64,000 nucleotides of DNA, taken from Candidatus Margulisiibacteriota bacterium. GTDB taxonomy: Bacteria > Margulisbacteria > Termititenacia > CAZZFK01. The DNA is taken from the NCBI GenBank assembly GCA_042562495.1, contig JBHPMC010000001.1, positions 41,983 through 105,982 of the forward strand, given 5' to 3'. The notes under the pieces were generated by a model. That model was not told where the DNA came from and ran no database searches. It was given only the letters and a program-made list of their open reading frames with translations. Below, piece by piece: positions 1 to 10,897 of the stretch (positions are counted from its first letter, which is position 1; each line of letters starts with the position of its first letter). The position numbers and the translations under genes were made by a program.

Positions 1-1154
1 GTTGTAGATTTTGTTGTGGTCTTTGCTGGAGCTTTCTTTTTTGGGCCTGCTTTGACCTGCTGCATCAGCTGTAAATTCCTTTTTACTTGTGAATTATTAG
101 GCTCCGCAGCCAAAACTAACTTTAATTCTTCTATAGCCTCATCTACCATCCCTAAGCTGTAATAACATTGGGCTAAATACTGGCGTGACAAGGTTTGCTT
201 GGGCTCGATCTGCAATATCCTATTATAAATGCGAATGGCCATTCCCCAATTCTTCTGACGCATCAATAAAGCACCTAGGCTTTGATAAGCCATAACATTT
301 CTTTTATTTGCCTTGATCTCTTCCACGAACTCTAGCTCTGCCGCCTTTAGCTTGCCCTGCGAATAATAGATCCGACCCAAGCTTAAATGAACATTTTTAA
401 AAGTAGGATTTACAGAGATTATTTTTTCATACATTTCAATTGTCTTGTCTATCCGGCCCTTTTGCCTCCAGATATCACCCATATTGAAATACGCCTCAAC
501 GAATTTCGGCTCGATCTCCAACACCTTTTCATAGAGGGCCAGGGCTTTATCAAATTCTTGATGTCGATGATACATATACGCTAAGCTCATCTGGAATAAA
601 GCATTATTCTCATCTAGGGAAGCAGCTTCATGTACTTTTGCATCAGATGAGACCAGATACTGTTTCTTAATAATTGGATCCTCTGCGATCCCTGAATATA
701 TCCGATATATCTCCGCCATCCTATTGTGATACCACGGATTCCGCGGAGAGATCGCCAAGATCCGCAAGTACATATCCTCAGCTTTTTGAGCCCAAGCAAG
801 CTTCTCTTCTTTGTCCGGCGCTTGTCTTGCTAAATTTTCATATATCTTCCCCAGGAATACTCCATAGAAAGTTTCCAAGGGTGCTAGTTTTACGGATTTT
901 TCCATGCTTTGGGCCGCTTCTTTATACCGCTTTGCTGCATCAAAATTATAGCCTTCCCGATAGTACCATTCTGCTCGAAAGGGATTAAAAACCCTAACCA
1001 GCATAACTATGCCTATTAACCAGACCAATCCTAGTAATATTTTTTGTTTCCTGGAAAGCTCGTGCCACCAACCAAGCTTGGCTTGCCCGGCCTGCTCCGT
1101 CGTTTTCACGGCTGGAGTATTTTCTTTTTGGTCTTTATCATCGTTTGCGGGCAT
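1..1154 (-). CDS. TPR-repeat protein with N-terminal transmembrane helix; partial, C-terminus lies beyond the window start
   Basis: Read by eye as an open minus-strand frame from ATG at 1154 to the window edge (no six-frame ORF listed here because it runs off the window). N-terminus MPANDDKDQKENTPAVKTTEQ followed by hydrophobic helix LLGLVWLIGIVMLV, then at least 4 TPR-like 34-aa repeats (e.g. AYFNMGDIWRQKGRIDKTIEMYEKIISVNP). Confidence 0.7.
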   Translation of the reverse strand, partial: MPANDDKDQKENTPAVKTTEQAGQAKLGWWHELSRKQKILLGLVWLIGIVMLVRVFNPFRAEWYYREGYNFDAAKRYKEAAQSMEKSVKLAPLETFYGVFLGKIYENLARQAPDKEEKLAWAQKAEDMYLRILAISPRNPWYHNRMAEIYRIYSGIAEDPIIKKQYLVSSDAKVHEAASLDENNALFQMSLAYMYHRHQEFDKALALYEKVLEIEPKFVEAYFNMGDIWRQKGRIDKTIEMYEKIISVNPTFKNVHLSLGRIYYSQGKLKAAELEFVEEIKANKRNVMAYQSLGALLMRQKNWGMAIRIYNRILQIEPKQTLSRQYLAQCYYSLGMVDEAIEELKLVLAAEPNNSQVKRNLQLMQQVKAGPKKKAPAKTTTKST

Positions 1155-1157
1155 TTT

Positions 1158-1436
1158 TTACTTTCTTCTTTTCTCTAATTCTTTGGAAATATCCTCGAGG
1201 GTAATCCCTTTTTGGTACATCAATACCAAGGTATGGAACCAAAGATCGGCTATCTCCCAGACCAGCTCCGGCTTGTCCTCCCCCTTGGCAGCGATGATCA
1301 CTTCTCCCGATTCTTCGCTGATCTTTTTTAAGGTCTTATCCGGGCCAGCCTTGAGCAGCCTACATACATACGAGCCTTCTTTTGGATTACTGCTGCGATC
1401 TGAAATTACTTCATAAATCTCTTCTAAAATATTCAT
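1158..1436 (-). CDS. hisE: phosphoribosyl-ATP pyrophosphatase (standalone HisE)
   Basis: 92-aa ORF; sequence ...[30 protein letters not shown]... is typical of the MazG-like PRA-PH family. Overlaps hisI by 4 nt. Confidence 0.85.
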   Translation of the reverse strand: MNILEEIYEVISDRSSNPKEGSYVCRLLKAGPDKTLKKISEESGEVIIAAKGEDKPELVWEIADLWFHTLVLMYQKGITLEDISKELEKRRK

Positions 1437-1774
1437 TTTTTCAGCTTTCTATAAAAACAGCTTTTTTGCCCGGTATGACAGGCTGCGCCTTTTTGCTCGA
1501 CCTTGACCAAGAGCGCATCTTCATCGCAATCATAATAAATTTCTTTTACTTTTTGAATATTGCCGGAAGTCTCGCCTTTGTGCCAAAGCTCTTGGCGGGA
1601 ACGGCTCAAAAACCAGGTTTCGCCTGTCTGTTGTGTTTTCTCCAGAGCTTCTTGATTCATATATGCCAACATTAATACTTCTCCCGAAGAAGCCTCCTGG
1701 ACTATTGCTGGTATCAATCCCGTTTTATCGAACTTTAAATCGCTCATCTTGCCTTTATTATATAGCCCTAACAA
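1433..1774 (-). CDS. hisI: phosphoribosyl-AMP cyclohydrolase (standalone HisI)
   Basis: 113-aa ORF with the conserved [20 protein letters not shown] motif of PRA-CH. Confidence 0.85.
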   Translation of the reverse strand: MLGLYNKGKMSDLKFDKTGLIPAIVQEASSGEVLMLAYMNQEALEKTQQTGETWFLSRSRQELWHKGETSGNIQKVKEIYYDCDEDALLVKVEQKGAACHTGQKSCFYRKLKK

Positions 1775-1813
1775 CGAATTGGAAAAGATGCAGGAATTGG
1801 ATTTCTGGCAATA

Positions 1814-2917
1814 TTAATTCTTGAGCATTCTTGAAAGCTTAGGCCATTTATATGAACTATACTTGCTAAGCATTGTACCGGCTAGATCCACTACTTTTTT
1901 CCTCGGCAAGGCAGGAAAACTATTTACTTCAATGACAAAAACCTTATCTAGATCATTATTGACCATCACATCAACTCCGGCAAAATTAAGCCCCAGCGCT
2001 TTAGCCGCTGCCACAGCTTGCTGTTTTGCCTTTTTTACTATCGTTTTAGGCAATAGCTTTAGCTTGCTGGGATATTCCCCCTTGCCTCCCTGCGAAATAT
2101 TTGTAGTGATGTTTTTGAGGGCGCTGGTTCGTGGATAGATAAAAAGGGCCTCATTTAAAAAAACATATATTCTAAAATCCATGCGTTTTTTCTTTACCGT
2201 AAAACAATCCACGGCTTCTTCGACCATCATATCCCCTTCCAATAATCTTTCCAGGAAGGTGTGATCATTGGTTATCCCATTATGGAAGTGCCAACCGTAA
2301 TCAGCCTTTTTGCTGACTATCTTCTGATCCTTGTAAAGGAAATTAGTATACCAATTATCCTTGGTCAAATAGGTGATCCCCTTCCCCATTGAGCCGTAAC
2401 GCGGCTTTATAAACAATTGCCCATCACTCTGCAAATGTTCAATTATGTTCTTGGCCCTTTTAATCTCTAATTCCCGCGGGACCTTTACGCCCGCTTTAGA
2501 TATTATTTCCTTGACCAATATCTTATCCCGATATTTCTTCAATAGATCCGGCGAGTTCAAAAAATAAAAATTCTTATCTGGATAGACCTTTTTCAAATGC
2601 TTCTTTATTTTCCCCCAAAACTGCCTGAACTTTAGATAGAAATTTCTGTTGCCATAGATCCCGGCGCTTTTAAGGAATTCAATATGTTTGTTCCAGTAAT
2701 AAAAGGGGAAAAAGAAGAAAACAACTATATCCTTTGTTTCCACGTTTGGCATATTTTGATCATGCAAGACCCTTTCATAGCTTAAATATTTAGTAAACAG
2801 GGGCTTCCCCGCAAGCATGTGTCTTGCTCTATAAATTTTTTGATAATCTATATCTTTGGTGCGATCGCCAAGAATGAATAAAGTATGGTTCTGTTTATAT
2901 CCATTATTCGAACCCAT
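1814..2917 (-). CDS. ATP-grasp family ligase (RimK/LysX-like) with an N-terminal extension of about 110 aa
   Basis: 367-aa ORF. IKPRYGSMGKGI and FRIYVFLNE...NISQGGK...GLNFAGVDVMV...VFVIEVNSFP match the RimK-type ATP-grasp motifs. Confidence 0.6.
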   Translation of the reverse strand: MGSNNGYKQNHTLFILGDRTKDIDYQKIYRARHMLAGKPLFTKYLSYERVLHDQNMPNVETKDIVVFFFFPFYYWNKHIEFLKSAGIYGNRNFYLKFRQFWGKIKKHLKKVYPDKNFYFLNSPDLLKKYRDKILVKEIISKAGVKVPRELEIKRAKNIIEHLQSDGQLFIKPRYGSMGKGITYLTKDNWYTNFLYKDQKIVSKKADYGWHFHNGITNDHTFLERLLEGDMMVEEAVDCFTVKKKRMDFRIYVFLNEALFIYPRTSALKNITTNISQGGKGEYPSKLKLLPKTIVKKAKQQAVAAAKALGLNFAGVDVMVNNDLDKVFVIEVNSFPALPRKKVVDLAGTMLSKYSSYKWPKLSRMLKN

Positions 2918-2919
2918 AG

Positions 2920-4230
2920 TTACCTCAAGCTCCTTCTTAGATACAAAAAATCCGGAGTCAGCTTGCCCTGCTCAACAATTACCGCTTTTTTTATTTCTGG
3001 CGAAATGTTACCACAACGAACAATACTGCGTACACCACTAAATGCCAATTTCGCGATAAATACCCGGGACAACTTGCTGAACTCTTTTGAGGAATCCCTG
3101 GGAAGTTCTGCCGGCAAATTATCTACCGCTAAAACCGTGATGCCTTCGGGCCTTAATCCAGCCTCAACAACATTGCGCTTAGGATCATAGGTTAAAACTG
3201 GCCTGTCCGGAGTAGTCGCTTCTGCTGTTATTTCAATCCCTCCGTTAACATCGCAGGAAAGATCCCCAATAAATTGGCAACGCAATTTTCTTTGCCTTAA
3301 AAGCTTTTGAAGCATTTGCCTGGTAACCATTTTAGGAAAGCGCTTATCCCAATAGCTGCCATGTATAAGCAAGTTCAGGCAAGGTAAATAATGATCTAAA
3401 TTAGACTTATATTTTTCCGGATATTTAAGATATTTCTTATGAACATAGGGGCTGCCATCTTTGGTGCGCAACTTTTCTGTTTTCTTCAGGACTATCGTAT
3501 ACACCTGCTTGTTGTTTTTTTTATGCTTTTGAACATAATGATTAATATCTTGCGGATGGATCTCTTGTGGGCTTAAAATCTCAAGCATCTCGAGTGCTCC
3601 CTTGGCAACATTGCCATGGCCTGTTATGCCCACAAGCAGCGGTGCAATTTCTTTCGGAACACCCCGGGTTCTTATTGTCTTGGAAATTTTTCTTAAATCC
3701 TTCTTGGCTGTAGCTATTGATTGATATTTAAAGGCAGGCTTAAGCCCCTTAAAGGGATTCCGTATCTTTTGCTTTTCTAGTTTTTGCCCGAAATAATATA
3801 AGCTGTCGATCGCGCCACAAATGCCTGCAAAATGCCCAAAATATACCAGGCGCTTGCCGGCAGCATTTGTGATCTTTTCATAATCCAGCAAGCTGTTTTT
3901 ATTCTGTAATATTTTCTTCAACAAAGGCATATTCGCGGGCTGGCCCTTGCTCGTATGTGAAAAGATCAGGTAAGTCTTTGCTTTTTTGAGATCTTTTAGC
4001 TTGGGGGCTTTTATTCCTACCAGAAGTTCCGCCTGCCGGATATCCCGGACCACCCTAGCTCCTTGCTTTTTATATTCCGCATCTTTAAAGATCCTGCGAG
4101 AAGAAGCCTCGATCTCTACAAAAATACCTTTATTGATAAGCCACCCAACATCTTGGGGTGTAAGCGGAGCTCTTTTTTCCCACTTATTCTTTGTCTCTCT
4201 TAAAATACCTATAGTTAATTTTTTTTGCAT
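2920..4230 (-). CDS. saccharopine dehydrogenase (L-lysine-forming) / lysine-ketoglutarate reductase-like enzyme, AlaDH/PNT family
   Basis: 436-aa ORF. N-terminus IGILRETKNKWEKRAPLTPQDV resembles the LKR/AlaDH-PNT N-terminal motif. Rossmann motif VGITGHGNVAKGA is present. Confidence 0.5.
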   Translation of the reverse strand: MQKKLTIGILRETKNKWEKRAPLTPQDVGWLINKGIFVEIEASSRRIFKDAEYKKQGARVVRDIRQAELLVGIKAPKLKDLKKAKTYLIFSHTSKGQPANMPLLKKILQNKNSLLDYEKITNAAGKRLVYFGHFAGICGAIDSLYYFGQKLEKQKIRNPFKGLKPAFKYQSIATAKKDLRKISKTIRTRGVPKEIAPLLVGITGHGNVAKGALEMLEILSPQEIHPQDINHYVQKHKKNNKQVYTIVLKKTEKLRTKDGSPYVHKKYLKYPEKYKSNLDHYLPCLNLLIHGSYWDKRFPKMVTRQMLQKLLRQRKLRCQFIGDLSCDVNGGIEITAEATTPDRPVLTYDPKRNVVEAGLRPEGITVLAVDNLPAELPRDSSKEFSKLSRVFIAKLAFSGVRSIVRCGNISPEIKKAVIVEQGKLTPDFLYLRRSLR

Positions 4231-4288
4231 ATCAACCTTTTATATCATGAAAATAATTTATAAAGGATATTGTTTTGGTCTGCTCTTT

Positions 4289-7200
4289 TTAATCTACCCA
4301 GCTGTGCCCCGGGCCAACTAAGGCCGCAATTCTATCCCCGATCCCAGAATTCATATTGACCCAAAATTGTTTACCGGTCGTAACTTTTGCTTCTGGAGTA
4401 TGAATAATGACCGGGGTTTCCCCTCTATGTTCTATAAGTAATTGCTGCAAACGATCCAAGGTCCCCTTGCTGTCTGCGGCCACTAGCTCAACATGCAGGA
4501 TCTTTTGTATTTGGCCTTGGCCTAAAAGCTCCGCCTTTTCACAAACAACCTGCATTTCATCACGATTCATTCTTGCCCGGCCTTTAATTAATACTACATT
4601 ATCTGTTTCAAGGAATGGGGAACAAGCATCAAAGGCTCTCCCAGGGAACACAACTAAGGGAACGATCCCGCGGAGATCTTCCAGCTTGGCGATTATCATA
4701 TTCTTGTTCGTCCTGGTGATCAGCCGACGAACGCTTTGCAGGATCCCGGCCACGGCAACATCTTGGCCATCACTTTTGCTTTTAATGGAAATCGAATCAT
4801 CTGTGATCAACGATTCTAAGGGAACATCCAGGTGCCGCAAAGGATGATCAGAAATATATAAGCCCAGCAGCTCTTTTTCGTATTTCAGTTTTTCTTTGGG
4901 CAACCACTCCGGGATATCGGGAAGCGAATCGTGAATCGTAAAGACGGTTGCCTCTTTAATGCTGTCGCCAAAAAGAGATATCTGCCCATTGGCCCGTTCT
5001 TTTTGCAGGCGTAGCGCCCAGCCTACCGTGGGCTCTAAAATATTCATCAGCGGCGCCCGTTTGCCAAAAGCATCCATTGCTCCGCTTTTTATCAAGCTTT
5101 CCTGGACTTTTTTATTAACGGTCCTCAGGTCGGTACGCAAACAAACCTCACCCAAAGATAAAAAGGATCCATCTTTATTACGCATTTCAATTATATTTTC
5201 AATGGCGCCCTCGCCAACATTTTTAATGGCACTTAGGCCAAAGCGGATCGCTCCGCGTACCACTGTAAAATTTTTCCCGCTCTCGTTAATGTCCGGCGGC
5301 AACACCTCTATGCCCATGCGATTACACTCCGCTATATATTCACAGACTTTTTCTGTATCGCCGCTCACGCTGGTTAAAAGTGCCGCCATGAATTCTAGGG
5401 GGTAATTTGCTTTCAGGTAGGCCGTTTGATAAGAGATAACTGCATAGGCTGCACTATGAGATTTATTAAAACCATATTCTGCAAATTTAGCACAAAGATC
5501 AAAGACCTTTTCCGCTTTGTCTTTGGGTACTTTTTTGGTTGCGGCCCCCTCCATGAACAGCTCTTTCATCTTAGCCATTTCGGACACTTTTTTCTTGCCC
5601 ATGGCCCGGCGCATTACATCCGCTTGCCCCAATGTAAATCCAGCCAAAATACTGGCGATCTGCATTACTTGTTCTTGATAAAGAATAAGCCCGTATGTCT
5701 CTTTCAATATTGGCTCTAATTGAGGAAGATCGTACTTTGCCTTAGTTTTACCTTCTTTATTATTAATAAAATCTTGAACCATGCCGCTGCCCAAGGGTCC
5801 TGGACGATACAGGGCCAACAAGGCAATGACATCTTCGAAGATTCTTGGCTTAAGATCTTTGATCAAGCCCTGCATCCCGCGGCTTTCCAGCTGGAACACA
5901 CCCTTGGTCTCGCCCCTGCATAACAACTTATATGTATTTTTATCATCAAAAGGAAGCTTATGCAGGTCGATCTCTTTGGCCTGGGATTGCTTGACCAACT
6001 CAATAGTGTTCGCGATCATCGTTAAATTCCGCAAGCCTAAAAAATCCATCTTCAACAGGCCCAGGGTTTCTAGATCGCCCATGGAATATTGTGTCTGGAC
6101 TTGCTCTCCCATCTTTTGCAGAGGAACTAAGTCTGTCAGCGGCTTTTCAGAGATGACCGCACCTGCCGCGTGGGTCCCCGCATGCCTTGATAATCCCTCC
6201 ATTCTTCTGGCTACATCGATCAGCTTTTTAACGGTAGGATTATTTTCATAAGAATCTTTAAGCTCTTGATTGACCGCTAGTGCTTGCTCCAGGGTTACTC
6301 CCGGCCCCTCTGGTATCATTTTTGCTATACGATCTACTTCGGGCAAAGGAATATCTTGAACACGACCAACATCGCGAATGGAACCCCGGGCTTTCATGGT
6401 CCCAAAAGTTACTATTTGCGCGACATGGTCTGTGCCATATTTATTCGAAACATATTCCAGTACTTCTGGGCGGCGCTCTTCACAAAAATCTATATCAATA
6501 TCGGGCATACTTATTCTTTCTGGATTTAAAAAGCGTTCGAAAAGTAAATTATAACGAAGCGGATCAATATCGGTGATGTTCAACGCATAGGCCACAAGGC
6601 TTCCGGCCGCAGAACCTCGGCCGGGCCCTACTTGGATATTATGTTCTTTCGCAAAATTCACAAAATCCTGCACAATTAAAAAATAAGTGTCATAACCCAT
6701 TTTGTCTATGACCTCTAGCTCGTAATCCAGCCTGTTCTTGATGGAGGTGGTTATCTCCGAGAATTTTTTCTCCAAGCCCTTTTGGCAAAGCTTCCGCAAG
6801 TAAGTCTTTGGTGTCTCTCCGCTAGGAACCTGAAAATGAGGCAAATGCAATTTGCCGGTCTCCAGTTTAAAATTACACTTCTCCGCTATCTCCACTGTAG
6901 TTTGAATTACCTGGGGAATATCCTTAAATAATGCGATCATTTCTTCTGGGGATTTTAAATACAATTCCTCGGACAAGAATTTCATCCGATTTTCATTAGA
7001 AAGAACCTCTCCGGTCTGGATACACAAAAGCACGTCTTGTGCCTCTGCATCTTCTTTTTGTACATAATGGACATCGTTTGTGGCTACTAGCTTAACTTTT
7101 ATCTCTTCCGACAATTTGATCATGCTCTGTTTCACCAAGGCCTGCTCTGGCAAGCCATGGCTTTGTACTTCAAGATAAAAATCTTCACCAAAGATCTCTT

Positions 7201-7693
7201 TATATTTAAGGGCAGCTTCTTTTGCGCCAGCAAGATCATTTTTTAGGATCTTTTGGGAGACTCCTCCCGCAATACATGCTGAAAGGGCTATCAATCCTTC
7301 TTTATATTGGGCCAAAAGCTCCAGATCGATACGCGGCTTATAATAAAATCCTTCTAAATTTGCCAAGGAAACCAATTTTATTAAATTTTTATAGCCTTTG
7401 GTATTTTTTGCTAAAAGCACCAGGTGTTGATGGCCGGCATCTTCGCGGCCTTGCTTATCAAAACGACGCCGGGGAGCAACATACACTTCACAGCCTAAGA
7501 TTGGTTTAATATTTTGCTTTACCGCTTCTAAATAAAATTGGACAGTGCCATACATATTGCCGTGGTCCGTCAGGGCTAAAGTATCCATGCCCAGCTCTTT
7601 AGTTCGGGCAATTAGCTCTTTTATCCTAGCGGCACCATCTAATAAGCTATATTCGGAATGAACATGTAAATGAACAAATTGGGGTTTTATCAT
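4289..7693 (-). CDS. dnaE: DNA polymerase III alpha subunit
   Basis: 1134-aa ORF. N-terminal PHP domain (FVHLHVHSEYSLLDGA), polymerase core and OB fold are recognisable. Confidence 0.95.
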   Translation of the reverse strand: MIKPQFVHLHVHSEYSLLDGAARIKELIARTKELGMDTLALTDHGNMYGTVQFYLEAVKQNIKPILGCEVYVAPRRRFDKQGREDAGHQHLVLLAKNTKGYKNLIKLVSLANLEGFYYKPRIDLELLAQYKEGLIALSACIAGGVSQKILKNDLAGAKEAALKYKEIFGEDFYLEVQSHGLPEQALVKQSMIKLSEEIKVKLVATNDVHYVQKEDAEAQDVLLCIQTGEVLSNENRMKFLSEELYLKSPEEMIALFKDIPQVIQTTVEIAEKCNFKLETGKLHLPHFQVPSGETPKTYLRKLCQKGLEKKFSEITTSIKNRLDYELEVIDKMGYDTYFLIVQDFVNFAKEHNIQVGPGRGSAAGSLVAYALNITDIDPLRYNLLFERFLNPERISMPDIDIDFCEERRPEVLEYVSNKYGTDHVAQIVTFGTMKARGSIRDVGRVQDIPLPEVDRIAKMIPEGPGVTLEQALAVNQELKDSYENNPTVKKLIDVARRMEGLSRHAGTHAAGAVISEKPLTDLVPLQKMGEQVQTQYSMGDLETLGLLKMDFLGLRNLTMIANTIELVKQSQAKEIDLHKLPFDDKNTYKLLCRGETKGVFQLESRGMQGLIKDLKPRIFEDVIALLALYRPGPLGSGMVQDFINNKEGKTKAKYDLPQLEPILKETYGLILYQEQVMQIASILAGFTLGQADVMRRAMGKKKVSEMAKMKELFMEGAATKKVPKDKAEKVFDLCAKFAEYGFNKSHSAAYAVISYQTAYLKANYPLEFMAALLTSVSGDTEKVCEYIAECNRMGIEVLPPDINESGKNFTVVRGAIRFGLSAIKNVGEGAIENIIEMRNKDGSFLSLGEVCLRTDLRTVNKKVQESLIKSGAMDAFGKRAPLMNILEPTVGWALRLQKERANGQISLFGDSIKEATVFTIHDSLPDIPEWLPKEKLKYEKELLGLYISDHPLRHLDVPLESLITDDSISIKSKSDGQDVAVAGILQSVRRLITRTNKNMIIAKLEDLRGIVPLVVFPGRAFDACSPFLETDNVVLIKGRARMNRDEMQVVCEKAELLGQGQIQKILHVELVAADSKGTLDRLQQLLIEHRGETPVIIHTPEAKVTTGKQFWVNMNSGIGDRIAALVGPGHSWVD

Positions 7694-7777
7694 ATTCGCA
7701 AGAGACCTTTAAATAAAAATTATTTTTGAAAATTCATTTTAACATAGGTTTAAGAGAATACAAGAAAAACTATCTGC

Positions 7778-10700
7778 CTAAACGGTTATCAAACCAGGAT
7801 TTCTTCTATAGTGCTCCTGTAGCGACACCACTCTCAAGGCCTGCGTCTTCAAGGCCTCGATACTTTTTACCGCGGCTTGTGCTGCGGCCATTGTCGTAAT
7901 GCAAAAAACCTTGTGCCTCAGCGCTGCTTCTCGCATAAAAAAATCGTCAACATGCGGGCCCTTCCCCGAAGGCGTATTGATCACCAGGGAGATCTCTCTT
8001 TTCTTAATAGCATCTACCACGTTGGGATGCCCCTCTCTTATTTTAAGCACTTCTTTAACTTCAATATTGTTTTCTCTTAAAAATGCCGCAGTCCCTTTCG
8101 TGCACAACAGCTTGAAGCCAAACCCTTTCAGCTTGCGAGCGACATCCAGACAATGCTCGGTCTTGTCTCTTTTTACCACGGAAAGAAAAGCCGTTCCCGA
8201 CAGAGGTATTTTTTCTCCGGCAGCCATTTCCGCCTTGGCTAGAGCCAAGCCAAGGTCCATATCGATACCCATAACCTCTCCCGTCGATTTCATTTCAGGC
8301 CCCAAGACCGTGTCTTGGCCAGAAAACTTAGCAAAAGGAAGCACTACTTCTTTTACCGAAAAATAACTGGGCTCGATTTCTTTTAGCTCAAGCTCTGCTA
8401 TAGTTTTGCCCGCCATTACTCGCGCCGCCATTTTAGCCCAGGGGACCCCAGTGGCTTTGCTCACAAAAGGTATTGTCCTGGATGCGCGCGGATTCACTTC
8501 TAACACGAACAATTTATTCTTTTGCACAGCATATTGGATATTCATCAAGCCCACCACTCCTAGCTCAGCTGCTAATTTGTATGTCTGTTCTTTGATCTGC
8601 TTTACCAGCTCGGGCTTTAAAGAAACTGTCGGCAACACACATGCGCTATCCCCGGAATGTATCCCCGCTCTTTCTATGTGTTCCATTACACCGGCGATCA
8701 GGCATTGCTCTCCGTCTGCCAAGGCATCCACGTCAACCTCAATCGCATCTTCTAGGAATTTATCTACCAAAACCGGATGCTCCTCCGAGGCCTCAATTGC
8801 TAGCTGGGCGTATTTTTCCAAGCTTTTTTCATCATAAACGATCTCCATCGCTCTCCCCCCCAACACATAAGAAGGCCTGACGATAACAGGATAGCCAATA
8901 TTTTTAGCGATCTTTTTAAGCTCACCCAAAGATCTGGCTGCACCATTTGCAGGCTGCAATATCTCTAGCTTGTGCAATAAAGCACCGAACTCCCCCCGAT
9001 CTTCTGCACGGTGAATCGCCGCTGGTGTAGTTCCCAATATTTTTGCGCCCGCCTTTTCCAAGGACACCGCCAGGTTCAAGGGCGTCTGCCCGCCAAGCTG
9101 GACAATAACACCCTTAGGCTTTTCTCTTTTTATTATATTTAATACATCATCATAAGTCAGTGGCTCAAAATACAAGAGATTGGAAGTGTCATAATCAGTA
9201 CTTACTGTTTCCGGATTACAATTGACCATAACGGTCTCATACCCATCCACCTTAAGCGCAAAGGAAGCGTGGACACAACAATAATCAAATTCTATCCCTT
9301 GCCCAATACGATTGGGGCCGCCGCCTAAAATAATGATCCTTTCTTTTTTATTTTTAGCAGGGGTTATTTCATCCTCAAGATCATATGTTGAATAATAATA
9401 CGGCGTTTTTGCTTCAAATTCTGCCCCGCAGGTATCTACTTTTTTATAAACTCTTGATAATTGTTTTCCTTGAACCTCTGTTGAAATATTTTCATTTGAG
9501 ACTATCTCTTCGATCTGGCTTAAGAACCAGGGATCGATCTGGGTTAATTCTGCGATCTTTTCCATTTGCCATTTTTGACGAAAAGCTTCAAAAATATAAT
9601 AAAGCCGCACACTATTGGGAATCTTCAGCTTCTCTTCTATGTTTTGCAGGTCTAGCTTGGGCTTGGATATCTCCATCGAGCGCATTGCTTTTACTAATGA
9701 CTCTTTAAAGGTCCGCCCAATGGCCATTGCTTCGCCCACCGATTTCATCTGTGTGTTCAGCACATCTTTTGTGTCGGGAAATTTTTCAAAAGCGAACCTG
9801 GGGATCTTGGTCACTACATAATCGATAGTTGGCTCAAAAGACGCCGGGGTTTCTTTGGTGATATCGTTGGGGATCTCCTCCAACGTATAGCCCACGGCCA
9901 ACTTGGCTGCTATCTTTGCAATTGGGAATCCCGTGGCCTTTGACGCCAAGGCCGAGCTGCGCGACACCCTCGGATTCATTTCAATAATAATTACACGCTT
10001 GCTCTTGGGATCCATGGCAAATTGGACATTGGAACCTCCGGTATCTACCCCGATCTCTCGCATCACTGCAATCGAATGATCGCGCAACACTTGGTATTCC
10101 TTGTCGGTCAAGGTCTGTACCGGCGCCACAGTAATGCTATCCCCGGTATGCACTCCCATTGGATCAAGGTTCTCTATGGAACAAATGATAACGACATTGT
10201 CTTTAAGATCCCGCATGACCTCTAGCTCGATCTCTTTCCAGCCGATTATCGATTCTTCTACTAAAACCTGACCGATAGTGCTTGCATCAATTGCCTTTTG
10301 CACCATTAACTCTAGTTGTTCTTGATCATAGGCTACTCCGCCCCCGGTTCCGCCCAAGGTAAAAGCAGGCCTTAAAATAAGTGGATACCCCAGCTCTTCT
10401 GCCACCTTGATCGCATCTTCAACACCATAGACCTCTCTGCTTTTAGGCATTTCCAGCCCTATTTTAAACATTGCTTCTTTAAACAATTCTCTATCTTCTG
10501 CTTTTTTTATGGCCTCTAATTTAGCCCCGATAAGCTCCACATTATATTTTTTTAAAATACCTTTTTCTGCTAAGTGCACTGCCGCATTAAGGGCGGTCTG
10601 CCCTCCCACTGTCGGCAGGATAGCATCTGGCCGCTCTTTTTTAATGATCTCTTCTATAACTTCTGGAGTAATTGGCTCAACGTAAGTCTTTGAAGCAAAT

Positions 10701-10876
10701 TCCGGATCGGTCATAATAGTAGCCGGGTTGCTGTTGATCAAAACAACTTCATAACCCTCTTCTTTCAGCGCCTTACAAGCTTGCGTCCCGGAATAATCGA
10801 ATTCGCAGGCTTGCCCTATGACAATCGGCCCGGCACCAATGATCATTATTTTTTTTAAATCTGTCCGTTTAGGCAT
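7778..10876 (-). CDS. carB: carbamoyl-phosphate synthase large subunit, paralog 1 (1032 aa)
   Basis: MPKRTD...[22 protein letters not shown], two ATP-grasp halves and a C-terminal MGS-like domain. Confidence 0.95.
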   Translation of the reverse strand: MPKRTDLKKIMIIGAGPIVIGQACEFDYSGTQACKALKEEGYEVVLINSNPATIMTDPEFASKTYVEPITPEVIEEIIKKERPDAILPTVGGQTALNAAVHLAEKGILKKYNVELIGAKLEAIKKAEDRELFKEAMFKIGLEMPKSREVYGVEDAIKVAEELGYPLILRPAFTLGGTGGGVAYDQEQLELMVQKAIDASTIGQVLVEESIIGWKEIELEVMRDLKDNVVIICSIENLDPMGVHTGDSITVAPVQTLTDKEYQVLRDHSIAVMREIGVDTGGSNVQFAMDPKSKRVIIIEMNPRVSRSSALASKATGFPIAKIAAKLAVGYTLEEIPNDITKETPASFEPTIDYVVTKIPRFAFEKFPDTKDVLNTQMKSVGEAMAIGRTFKESLVKAMRSMEISKPKLDLQNIEEKLKIPNSVRLYYIFEAFRQKWQMEKIAELTQIDPWFLSQIEEIVSNENISTEVQGKQLSRVYKKVDTCGAEFEAKTPYYYSTYDLEDEITPAKNKKERIIILGGGPNRIGQGIEFDYCCVHASFALKVDGYETVMVNCNPETVSTDYDTSNLLYFEPLTYDDVLNIIKREKPKGVIVQLGGQTPLNLAVSLEKAGAKILGTTPAAIHRAEDRGEFGALLHKLEILQPANGAARSLGELKKIAKNIGYPVIVRPSYVLGGRAMEIVYDEKSLEKYAQLAIEASEEHPVLVDKFLEDAIEVDVDALADGEQCLIAGVMEHIERAGIHSGDSACVLPTVSLKPELVKQIKEQTYKLAAELGVVGLMNIQYAVQKNKLFVLEVNPRASRTIPFVSKATGVPWAKMAARVMAGKTIAELELKEIEPSYFSVKEVVLPFAKFSGQDTVLGPEMKSTGEVMGIDMDLGLALAKAEMAAGEKIPLSGTAFLSVVKRDKTEHCLDVARKLKGFGFKLLCTKGTAAFLRENNIEVKEVLKIREGHPNVVDAIKKREISLVINTPSGKGPHVDDFFMREAALRHKVFCITTMAAAQAAVKSIEALKTQALRVVSLQEHYRRNPGLITV

Positions 10877-10897
10877 ATTTATTACTAGGTAAAAAGA

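Noticed and set aside
4407-7509. Many 60-160 aa ORFs on the plus strand inside dnaE (e.g. 4407-4847, 4959-5405, 5781-6251)
   Set aside because: They are antisense to a long, well-supported dnaE reading frame, have low-complexity Ser/Pro/Arg-rich translations and no RBS. They are shadow ORFs.
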